A DNA stretch of 62,550 bases, from IMG/VR virus record IMGVR_UViG_3300013093_000023, positions 62,001 through 124,550 of that record, one strand, 5' to 3'. Position numbers and translations under genes: made by a program. This document shows, one piece after another, positions 29,361 through 37,265 of this stretch. The DNA is from an uncultured virus (IMG/VR IMGVR_UViG_3300013093_000023) (taxonomy: Duplodnaviria; Heunggongvirae; Uroviricota; Caudoviricetes). The notes under the pieces were generated by a model. It made no database searches. It worked only from the letters and a program-made list of their open reading frames with translations, and was not told where the DNA came from. Each line of letters starts with the position of its first letter. The stretch's first letter is position 1.

Positions 29361-31123
29361 GCCAATACTATAGCCGACGCCAATTATATTCTCTAGGTGA
29401 ACCCCTAGGAGATAGTGCTACCCAGACTAAAGTGGGAGGCGGCCGTATCTACGGAGGTGGTGGTGGCGGGGGAGGTGGTGGACACAACACAGGACCCCAG
29501 GGCGGGGGAGGTGGTGGTGGAGGTGGAGGCTACGGCGGTGGTGTTGGCGGAAACCAATACGGCGAAAACGATGGTGCTTATAGCGGAAGTAATGGCGGAA
29601 GTCTAGTACCGTCTGGATGTGTTGAAACAGATTCAGGCTTGGGTGCCAGTGCTGATGGTAAAGTAATAATAAGTTATGTTAGCCCATCACGTTTATTCAG
29701 TGGCGGGGATATATCTTTTGATGGATATACCTGGACACATACTTATACTACAGATACACCAGCATCAGAATCTATATTTACAACCAAAGGCGCCCCAAGC
29801 GGGTTTGGTCCTTTTGTTGAAGTAGCACAAGGGTGGACAAAGATCAACGGAGAATGGAAACAATTCTTTCCGAGCACTGGTAAAATTACATTTAACCCAG
29901 ATGGTACACTAGATTTAACAACATCTCAAGGAGTCCTGTCTGGGGTTTTACCTGCCGATGCGGCAAAGTTAGCACAAGGTGTAAACAACACCAACGCCGG
30001 ACAGCTAGATTACGCAAGTAGTGTTCGTGCGTCCAACCAATTATTTTATCTAAGCCAGGTTACACCTTATCCTATTACTGCCAACAATGTTATAGCACCA
30101 AACGCATTCAGCTCCGGCGCAGTAGTAGTAATTGATAAAAATGGAAATCCAGTAGACATAGCTGATTCTAGCGATCCAATTGGTACATTCTTAAATTACG
30201 TGTTTGACCCAACACTAGACGGCGGCAATGAAGCACAACAAAATAGTTTTATAAGTTGTATACAGGCTGCCGAGTATGTACAGGCTGTTAATAACAGTTT
30301 GTCTGGCACTACTAATACCTATACATTTACAGTTCCACCTGGAATTTTCCAGGTTACCATAGATGCCGTTGCTGGCGGAGGTGGCGGCGGAGGTGGAGAA
30401 GAAGTAGGTGTAGGTGATGCTGGAGGCGGTGGTGGTGGAGCTGGCTACGTACAAGGACAAACTATGACAGTAAGTCCTGGCGAGCAACTGACTATTACTA
30501 TTGGTCAAGGCGGCGGTGGAGCACCAGTAGTCGGAAGAACAACCGGAGCACCTGGCGGAGCACCTGGCTCAAGCACAGCAATTACAGGTTTAGACGGACA
30601 TATTGTGGTTACAGGTGGACGTGGAGGCGGCGGTGGAGCCAGCGCAGATACCGGTGGGGGTGGTGGCGGCAAGATCATCTGTACTAAGCTCTATGAACTT
30701 GGACTACTACCCAAAGATATTTACGAAGCCGACCAAGCGTTTGGCGCTCGTTTAGTTGAAAGTTACCCAGACATTTATAACGGATATCGTGCCTGGGCTG
30801 AAATTGTAGTTGATTGGATGAACGGGCAAGGTCCTAAGATGATGCCTTGGATGTCAGATGATGAATTTAGCACAGCGGCACAACAGTGGTCCACTCGATG
30901 GGCACAGGCAATAGCAACACCGTGGGCCAATTGGATGGCACACAAAAACGATCGTACAGGATTAGCACTGATGATTGTAGGTACACCAATCAGTTATGCT
31001 GTAGGAGTATGGCGTCGGATATTTGGGCCAGCACGTAAACCAGCAGGATTTGTTAAAGGGCTAGCTCTTATTGCGGTATTTGTATTATTAAGAGCTATTG
31101 TACTAATAGGAAAGGGCAAATAA
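29357..31123 (+). CDS. Glycine-rich tail protein fragment 2 with 32-aa leader and C-terminal KIICT domain
   Basis: MSQYYSRRQLYSLGEPLGDS leader, Gly10, GKVIISY, TFTVPPG Gly-rich domain start, then GGGGGG-KIICT. Confidence 0.7.
   Translation: MSQYYSRRQLYSLGEPLGDSATQTKVGGGRIYGGGGGGGGGGHNTGPQGGGGGGGGGGYGGGVGGNQYGENDGAYSGSNGGSLVPSGCVETDSGLGASADGKVIISYVSPSRLFSGGDISFDGYTWTHTYTTDTPASESIFTTKGAPSGFGPFVEVAQGWTKINGEWKQFFPSTGKITFNPDGTLDLTTSQGVLSGVLPADAAKLAQGVNNTNAGQLDYASSVRASNQLFYLSQVTPYPITANNVIAPNAFSSGAVVVIDKNGNPVDIADSSDPIGTFLNYVFDPTLDGGNEAQQNSFISCIQAAEYVQAVNNSLSGTTNTYTFTVPPGIFQVTIDAVAGGGGGGGGEEVGVGDAGGGGGGAGYVQGQTMTVSPGEQLTITIGQGGGGAPVVGRTTGAPGGAPGSSTAITGLDGHIVVTGGRGGGGGASADTGGGGGGKIICTKLYELGLLPKDIYEADQAFGARLVESYPDIYNGYRAWAEIVVDWMNGQGPKMMPWMSDDEFSTAAQQWSTRWAQAIATPWANWMAHKNDRTGLALMIVGTPISYAVGVWRRIFGPARKPAGFVKGLALIAVFVLLRAIVLIGKGK
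30671..31123 (+). repeat. KIICT domain copy 2
   Basis: Paralogous to 28272-28733. Confidence 0.9.
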
Positions 31124-31124
31124 T

Positions 31125-31436
31125 ATGGCAGGCGGTGGAGCAGGTGGAACCCCAAACGGCAGCCCAGGTGCTGACGGGCAAGGCGGTAGCGGAGATAGCA
31201 GTTCAGGATCCGGCGGTGCAGGTGGCAGTACACCTTTTGGCACAGGTGGCGCTGGCGGCGTCCCTGGGGATAGCACCGGCAAAGACGGCCAAGGCTATGG
31301 AGCCGGCGGCGGTGGAGCAGGATTTACAGATAGAACCGGTCCACTTAACTGGGGCGGAGGCGCAGGTGCGCCGGGGCTAGTAAGAATTTATTGGGGGCCA
31401 CAACAAGACCCAAATTACACTACAGTACCAAAGTAA
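31125..31436 (+). CDS. Glycine-rich tail protein fragment 3
   Basis: MAGGGAGG...GYGAGGGGAG...GGAGAPGLVRIYW is the typical C-terminal half of phage Gly-rich domains. Confidence 0.7.
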   Translation: MAGGGAGGTPNGSPGADGQGGSGDSSSGSGGAGGSTPFGTGGAGGVPGDSTGKDGQGYGAGGGGAGFTDRTGPLNWGGGAGAPGLVRIYWGPQQDPNYTTVPK

Positions 31437-31443
31437 TAATTTT

Positions 31444-31451
31444 GATAAGTA
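31444..31451 (+). promoter_or_regulatory. Late promoter variant GATAAGTA
   Basis: One mismatch to GATAAATA; intergenic, upstream of ATG 31471. Confidence 0.5.
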
Positions 31452-31470
31452 CAGTATAACGGAATAAAAT

Positions 31471-33429
31471 ATGCCATACACAATTAATCATTATAACGGC
31501 AACGTATTAATACAAACAATTAACGACGGGTTTGCAGACAATTCAACCTCGCTGACTTTCCCTGGCCCAAATTATGTAGGCTATGGGCAGTATCTTAACC
31601 AAAACTTAGTATATCTACTAGAGAATTTTGCGGGAAACACAGCACCCGGCGGTCAAAATGTACCTGGACAACTTTGGTTTAACACACAACAACAAACATT
31701 AAACGTATTTACAAGTGCTGGATATGTTCCAGTATCTGGTGTTATTGTAAGTAATCTACAACCAGCTGGTACTAAACCCGGCGATACTTGGTTTAATACT
31801 GGTACAAGTCAGTTTTATTTGTTTGATGGAACTGATTGGAATTTAATTGGGCCAGCATACACTAGAGCACAAGGTATCAGCGGTGCAGTACCTGTTCCGG
31901 TAGTTGATACGCTAGGTACTGTACATAATATTCTTCAACTACAGTATGGTAATGTAGTTATTGCTACAGTCAGCGGAGATCCAACGTTTGCTCCTGCTTC
32001 AGGATTATCTGGTTTTACCTTAGTAAAACCTGGTATTACATTTAACAGTTCAATGACTGCTTCGATTAATACCAACATTGTTGGTACCCTAACCGGTAAC
32101 GTAGTTGCTCAGTCTATATCTGGCACATTAACTGGACCAGTGTTTGGTAACTTAACTGGTGACGTAGTTGGTAACTTAACTGGTAACGTTGTAGCAACTA
32201 CACTAGTTGGGTCATTGACTGGTAACGTACAAAGTAGTCGTGGGCAAATAACAAACTTTAGTACAGCTAACGCTGTGATTGCTGGCGGATATATTACAGT
32301 ATCAAATGTAACAACCCTAACATTAACAGCTACAAATCTCAGTACAGCCAATGCTGTAATCACAGGAGGCACAGCAACAGGCCTTGCTAACATTTCAGCT
32401 ACAACTGGTTCTTTTTCTACCATTAACGTAACAACAGAAATTGTTGCTAATTTACGTACAGGCAACGCACAAATTACTGGTGGTAACTCATCTGTAACAA
32501 ATGCAACATCGGTAAATGAAACCGCTACAAACTTTAGTACTGGTAATGCTCTTATCACCGGCGGTAACGTTAATGGCCTTACTAATTTAAGTGCGGCAAC
32601 CGCATCCTTCCAAAATTTAACTACAACTTCTATTAGTATCAGCAGTGGTAGTATCGCTGGTTTAACTAACTTAGGTTCTGGTAATGCTACTATTACAAAC
32701 TTTAGCACTGGCAACGCACAGGTCACCGGCGGTACGCTAGCAAATGTATCAATAACTACTCCTGTTGTTACTCGAGCAAACTTAGTAAATGCTATTGCAA
32801 ATACTCCAGCAACTAATGATCGTACTGCCAACGTAGCTACTACCGCTTTTGTTCATAATGTTATGCCAACTGGTATGATTATTATGTGGGGCGGTTTAGT
32901 TTCTAATATTCCAAGTGGCTGGCATTTATGTGATGGCACTGGTGGTACACCAGATTTACAAGATAGATTTATTGTAGGCGCTGGAAACAATTATAATGTT
33001 GGCGACTCAGCTGGTCAAAACACCACTACACTAACTACTGCTATGTTACCAAGCCATAACCACTTTGTAACATTAACTGGCAATACAAATACTGCTGGTA
33101 GTCACTCACACGGAGTGGCAATAACTGACAATGGACACGCACACGTTATGCCGGGTGACGATCAGCTAGCATTTGCTGCCGGCCGTGCTAACTGGAGTGG
33201 ATCATCAGTTGACAGTTTTGGATACGATGCTACCAGTGTAGCCAGTGGCGGTGGAAGATTATGGAATACAACAACTGCTAGCACTGGTATTGGCGTCAGC
33301 ATTAATACTGCCAATGACCACTTACATTCGTTAACTATTTCTGGAAATACTGCGTCAACTGGTGCTGGTACAGCATTTGATAATCGCCCACCTTACTACG
33401 CACTTTGCTTTTTACAGAAAGTCTATTAA
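31471..33429 (+). CDS. Tail fibre protein with phage tail-collar domain
   Basis: Shared fibre N-terminus; GNLTG and NFSTGNA.ITGG repeats; collar motif MPTGMIIMWGG...GWHLCDG..GTPDLQDRFIVGAG; HxH tip motifs; NRPPYYALCF. Confidence 0.85.
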   Translation: MPYTINHYNGNVLIQTINDGFADNSTSLTFPGPNYVGYGQYLNQNLVYLLENFAGNTAPGGQNVPGQLWFNTQQQTLNVFTSAGYVPVSGVIVSNLQPAGTKPGDTWFNTGTSQFYLFDGTDWNLIGPAYTRAQGISGAVPVPVVDTLGTVHNILQLQYGNVVIATVSGDPTFAPASGLSGFTLVKPGITFNSSMTASINTNIVGTLTGNVVAQSISGTLTGPVFGNLTGDVVGNLTGNVVATTLVGSLTGNVQSSRGQITNFSTANAVIAGGYITVSNVTTLTLTATNLSTANAVITGGTATGLANISATTGSFSTINVTTEIVANLRTGNAQITGGNSSVTNATSVNETATNFSTGNALITGGNVNGLTNLSAATASFQNLTTTSISISSGSIAGLTNLGSGNATITNFSTGNAQVTGGTLANVSITTPVVTRANLVNAIANTPATNDRTANVATTAFVHNVMPTGMIIMWGGLVSNIPSGWHLCDGTGGTPDLQDRFIVGAGNNYNVGDSAGQNTTTLTTAMLPSHNHFVTLTGNTNTAGSHSHGVAITDNGHAHVMPGDDQLAFAAGRANWSGSSVDSFGYDATSVASGGGRLWNTTTASTGIGVSINTANDHLHSLTISGNTASTGAGTAFDNRPPYYALCFLQKVY

Positions 33430-34001
33430 TGATTATAGAGTTGGACAATTTTGTTAGTCCAGATATTGTAAATTATTTAAGCGGCAAATTACGTGAATCT
33501 AAAAGCATTTACGGTGAAGCAAACGAGTATCATAGACAGGGTGTTACTGTAACAATTAGTAAAATCCCAGAGTTAGCTGAAGTTAACAACCAACTCAGCA
33601 AAATTTTTGGTAAAATTAAGCAAACTGTACGCGAGTATTACAGACCCAGTTACAGCGGTAACAGCGACACAGGATACGAATATCACTTGTACGAACCCGG
33701 CGATGTATGCGAACTACACAGTGATAGCGAAATAGTAGCAGGTGTGAATGAATTACGCTATGCCAGCGTGGTTCTTCATTTAAGCACAATTAACAATGGT
33801 GGGGAATTGGTTTTTCCAGCACAAAACCAAACGGTAACAACACGTGCTGGAAAAGTAGTAATTTTCCCTCCATATGGTATGTTCAGCCATTATACAACCC
33901 CTAGCACAGAAGCCAGGGAAGTAATAGTATCGTGGCTAACATACGATGGTGTAGGCATTGTTAAAAAAGGCATAAATATAACAAGCAATCAAGGACTATA
34001 A
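33429..34001 (+). CDS. 2OG-Fe(II) oxygenase (prolyl-4-hydroxylase-like)
   Basis: HSD...H iron triad, GGELVF, GKVVIFP and distal Arg; ATG 33429 in TAATG overlap. Confidence 0.8.
   Translation: MIIELDNFVSPDIVNYLSGKLRESKSIYGEANEYHRQGVTVTISKIPELAEVNNQLSKIFGKIKQTVREYYRPSYSGNSDTGYEYHLYEPGDVCELHSDSEIVAGVNELRYASVVLHLSTINNGGELVFPAQNQTVTTRAGKVVIFPPYGMFSHYTTPSTEAREVIVSWLTYDGVGIVKKGINITSNQGL
33971..33978 (+). promoter_or_regulatory. Late promoter CATAAATA
   Basis: Upstream of AAGGA RBS and ATG 34002. Confidence 0.6.
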
Positions 34002-35849
34002 ATGTCATACACAATTAACCTAACCTCTGGTACATCATTAATCCCAGGCGGTCTTAGCGATGGTACAGTAGATACCACCCATTCCAGCCTAGTTTTAATT
34101 GGTAAAAATTACGCTGGTTATGGCCAGTTTTTAAACGATAACTTTGTAAAATTATTAGAGAACTTTGCGTTTAGCCAAAGTCCAAGTAATCCTTTAGCAG
34201 GACAATTATGGTGGGACACTACAAATAATGTATTAAAAGTATACACTGGCTCAAGTTGGAAAATTTCAACAGGTGCTACAAGTGCTCCTGCTAGTGCACC
34301 CCCATCTGATTTAACTAAAGGCGGCGGCGACTTATGGTTTGATAACACAAACGGACAGTTAAAAGTATATGACGGTAGCAAGTTTGTTACAATCGGACCA
34401 GCCGCAACTACAGCAACAGGCGACTCTGGTGTAGTTCCTAGTTTATTAACTGACACAGCAGGTCAGGTTCACACAATTATTCAATTTAGAATTAAAGGTT
34501 TAGTTTACGCTATTTTTGCGTATGAAAACTTTAGTACAGTTACTCCTGGATTTACCACTATTGTTGCCGGTATGAACTGGAACAGTACAAACGTTCCGGC
34601 TATGGGTCTAAGCAATCAAAGTGTTGCTCCTCTTGCTGGTAACCTAGTATTACGTGACAACAACGGTGGTATACAAGCAGGCGCTATTGCTGGTAGTTCA
34701 GCAACTATTACTGGTCCTATTTCAGCAACTGGTGGTATCACTGGTTCGTTAACTGGTAACGTTAGTGCTACGTTGGCCACAGTTGGCACACTAAATGCCA
34801 CAACAATTACAGCCGCAGGTGGTATTACAACCAGCACTGGATTTAACGGAACACTATTAACTTCCGCACAACAAAATATTACACAACTTGGTAACATTTA
34901 CAATTTAAGCACAAACGGTACAACCAATTTGTATGGAAGAGCCTACTACAATGGCGCAGAAATTGCAACCACTGGTGCTAACGCAAGTATCACGTTTGGT
35001 TACCTAGACAGCACAGTAATTGGTTTTAACACACCAAGTTCAGCAACATTTACAACAGTAACAGTTGGAGCAACTGGTGTCAGTCCTGGTATTATTCCGG
35101 CATCAAACGCAGTTATTAACCTAGGTTCTAGTACAGCGTTCTGGAACGGTATGTATGCCAATGCCGCTATCGTTAACCAGGTAATTACATCTGGTAATAT
35201 TACCGCTGGCGCTAATTTAAGTGTAGTATCAAACGTTGCGGCCGGCAATCTAGTATCAAGATCGATTACTACATCTCCTACTGTTAATGCCGCAAACGTA
35301 AACGTTACATCAAATCTATTCTTAAACAACACAGCTACACTAACAGTATTCAATACTGTGGTAACTGGTAACGTTACACCAAGTGCTAACTTAGCAAGTA
35401 ACCTAGGTAGTGTGTCAAATTGGTTCAACAACATTTACGGTACTGCTATTCACGCACAATACGCCGACTTGGCAGAACGCTTCCATGCAGACGCAGAGTA
35501 TGCTCCAGGTACCGTTGTAGAAATGGGCGGACTATACGAAATTACTCAAGTGGTTGAGGAATTAAGTGATAAAGTTTTTGGTGTCATAAGTACTAATGCA
35601 GCCTATTTGATGAATTCTGGGGCTGGCGACAATTTAACTCACCCACCTGTAGCAATGAGCGGACGTGTTCCAGTTAGAGTAATTGGGTTTGTTGCCAAAG
35701 GCGATCGTTTGGTCAGTGCCGGGCAAGGTCGTGCAAGAGCAGGAAAAACATCAGAAATTACAGCATTCAATGTCATTGGACGCAGTTTGGTTGACAAGCA
35801 TAGCGAAGAAGAATGTACAATTGAAGCTATTGTAAAGATAAATTCATAG
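34002..35849 (+). CDS. Tail fibre/spike with C-terminal autocleaving chaperone (Peptidase_G2/IMC-like) domain
   Basis: Shared fibre N-terminus; C-terminal YADLAE...GVIST..AYLMN...GRVPVRV...KGDRLV. Confidence 0.78.
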   Translation: MSYTINLTSGTSLIPGGLSDGTVDTTHSSLVLIGKNYAGYGQFLNDNFVKLLENFAFSQSPSNPLAGQLWWDTTNNVLKVYTGSSWKISTGATSAPASAPPSDLTKGGGDLWFDNTNGQLKVYDGSKFVTIGPAATTATGDSGVVPSLLTDTAGQVHTIIQFRIKGLVYAIFAYENFSTVTPGFTTIVAGMNWNSTNVPAMGLSNQSVAPLAGNLVLRDNNGGIQAGAIAGSSATITGPISATGGITGSLTGNVSATLATVGTLNATTITAAGGITTSTGFNGTLLTSAQQNITQLGNIYNLSTNGTTNLYGRAYYNGAEIATTGANASITFGYLDSTVIGFNTPSSATFTTVTVGATGVSPGIIPASNAVINLGSSTAFWNGMYANAAIVNQVITSGNITAGANLSVVSNVAAGNLVSRSITTSPTVNAANVNVTSNLFLNNTATLTVFNTVVTGNVTPSANLASNLGSVSNWFNNIYGTAIHAQYADLAERFHADAEYAPGTVVEMGGLYEITQVVEELSDKVFGVISTNAAYLMNSGAGDNLTHPPVAMSGRVPVRVIGFVAKGDRLVSAGQGRARAGKTSEITAFNVIGRSLVDKHSEEECTIEAIVKINS

Positions 35850-35861
35850 GAAATAAGAAAT

Positions 35862-36881
35862 ATGGCGTACCAACAATTAGGCCTAATTCAGGCAAGCGAC
35901 TATAACACACTAGTCGACGTTCAGAATAGCACGGCAGCAAATACTCTTAATGCTATCTGGGCTGGCGGACAGTATGATAACGGTTACGGTCAAACTTTAA
36001 TTCCTACAGTTAGTCAAACCGGTACTGTTACTGCTACACAATGGGCACAATTGATTAATACATTAAATTCAGTTTACACACACCAAGGCGGTAGTGGATC
36101 TGGTATTAGTGCTGTTACATCTGGTCAGACTATTAACTATCTAAGCACATTACAAAGCAGTTTGACTACTGCCTGGAACAATCGTTTGTTGTTTAATAGT
36201 ACCCAAGGTACAACAACTACAGGTAGCACCTACAGCCCAAACTATGTACACGGCAATGCTCCAACTCAATATTCAGACTCATTTACTCGTACTATAACAT
36301 TTGCTTCTGCTGATCAGGCTCGTTATTTCTTTAATGCCGGCGGCCAGATTAACTTTGTTATCACCTCAGTATCAAACGGTGACGGTACAAGCCGTTCAGG
36401 CGACTTAGTAACTCTAATTGGTACAAACTTTGGTAGCTTTACAACATTTCGAGCACATACCAATGCAGGACGTCAAGGTAGCGGTGGCACAGTTAATACC
36501 AATACTACCAACGTTGGCTATTACGAAATGACTACTAGTCCACAAACACTATCACAAATTACTAGTACCAACAGCACATACTCTGGAGACTATTGTACTC
36601 TACAGGTATCCAGCAATGGTACACAGGGTCTAAACCAAGACCGCGGAAGCGTACTGTACTTTACCTTTACCTATGTATCTGCTACACGTGCCGACGGTGA
36701 CTACACAACCAGTAACCCACAAGGTTCACAAGGTTCACAAAAAGAAACCGGTGGTGTAAACTACAGCAACTATTGGTACTTTAACGATAGTACTAACATC
36801 ACTATCAATCATCGCGTTGATATTGTTTATCCAGAAACTACAAACCTAAGTAATACTTGGGGTACTGTAACAATCTCTTAA
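35862..36881 (+). CDS. Virion structural protein
   Basis: IQASDYN, GYGQT, ARYFFNAGGQI motifs; Thr/Ser-rich; last gene of the tail module. Confidence 0.6.
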   Translation: MAYQQLGLIQASDYNTLVDVQNSTAANTLNAIWAGGQYDNGYGQTLIPTVSQTGTVTATQWAQLINTLNSVYTHQGGSGSGISAVTSGQTINYLSTLQSSLTTAWNNRLLFNSTQGTTTTGSTYSPNYVHGNAPTQYSDSFTRTITFASADQARYFFNAGGQINFVITSVSNGDGTSRSGDLVTLIGTNFGSFTTFRAHTNAGRQGSGGTVNTNTTNVGYYEMTTSPQTLSQITSTNSTYSGDYCTLQVSSNGTQGLNQDRGSVLYFTFTYVSATRADGDYTTSNPQGSQGSQKETGGVNYSNYWYFNDSTNITINHRVDIVYPETTNLSNTWGTVTIS

Positions 36882-36891
36882 TCCAAAGTAG

Positions 36892-36934
36892 TTGACATTC
36901 CAGGTGTAGACTAGTATACTAGCTGTCTACACCT
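36892..36934 (+). promoter_or_regulatory. Near-consensus sigma70 promoter embedded in a nested inverted repeat
   Basis: TTGACA 36892-36897, 17 bp, TATACT 36915-36920; arms AGGTGTAGAC 36902-36911 and GTCTACACCT 36925-36934; inner palindrome CTAGTATACTAG. Confidence 0.8.
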
Positions 36935-36944
36935 ATATTCTATT

Positions 36945-37265
36945 ATGAGCGAAATCGAACAACTCACTGCCGAAATACGTCGGGCAACTGATTACCAAAT
37001 TAACAAACGCATCTTGCGTGAAAAAATCCAAACAGATTTGCATTTTGCTTATAATGGTGGCCTGTTTAAAGTTACTCCAGAGTTATTAATGTTCAGTTCA
37101 AGTTGGCCAAAACACGAGCCACTTTATCTAGAAGACACATACCAAAACCCTATACATATTATAGATCCAGAATTCTTTGCAACACAATGTAAAGAACATT
37201 ATCAACAAGTAATGAATCGTTGGCATCAAGAACATGGCGAACTCAAACGTCTCCGCAAAATCTAA
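36945..37265 (+). CDS. Hypothetical protein
   Basis: First ORF after the promoter; overlaps the next gene. Confidence 0.7.
   Translation: MSEIEQLTAEIRRATDYQINKRILREKIQTDLHFAYNGGLFKVTPELLMFSSSWPKHEPLYLEDTYQNPIHIIDPEFFATQCKEHYQQVMNRWHQEHGELKRLRKI

Noticed and set aside
28272..29452. Canonical intein or group I/II intron
   Set aside because: No Hint motifs or terminal HN, the insert contains stop codons and separate genes, and there is no non-coding space or homing endonuclease; RT-PCR is still needed for formal exclusion
28272..31123. Diversity-generating retroelement TR/VR pair
   Set aside because: Differences between the copies are not adenine-specific, both copies are intact coding sequence, and no reverse transcriptase is present in the window
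27708..31436. Stop-codon recoding as the cause of gene fragmentation
   Set aside because: Breaks are TAA with a frame change; TAG and TGA end normal genes elsewhere and very long ORFs are intact in the standard code
32109..35434. Long antisense ORFs (240, 112, 93, 144 aa) opposite fibre genes, also 59994-60545
   Set aside because: Shadow frames from codon bias of Thr/Gly/Asn-rich genes; no RBS or motifs
36717..36741. Short tandem repeats (cacaaggtt here; GNLTG at ~32140; PAEQ at ~60710) as CRISPR or regulatory arrays
   Set aside because: In-frame coding repeats without unique spacers
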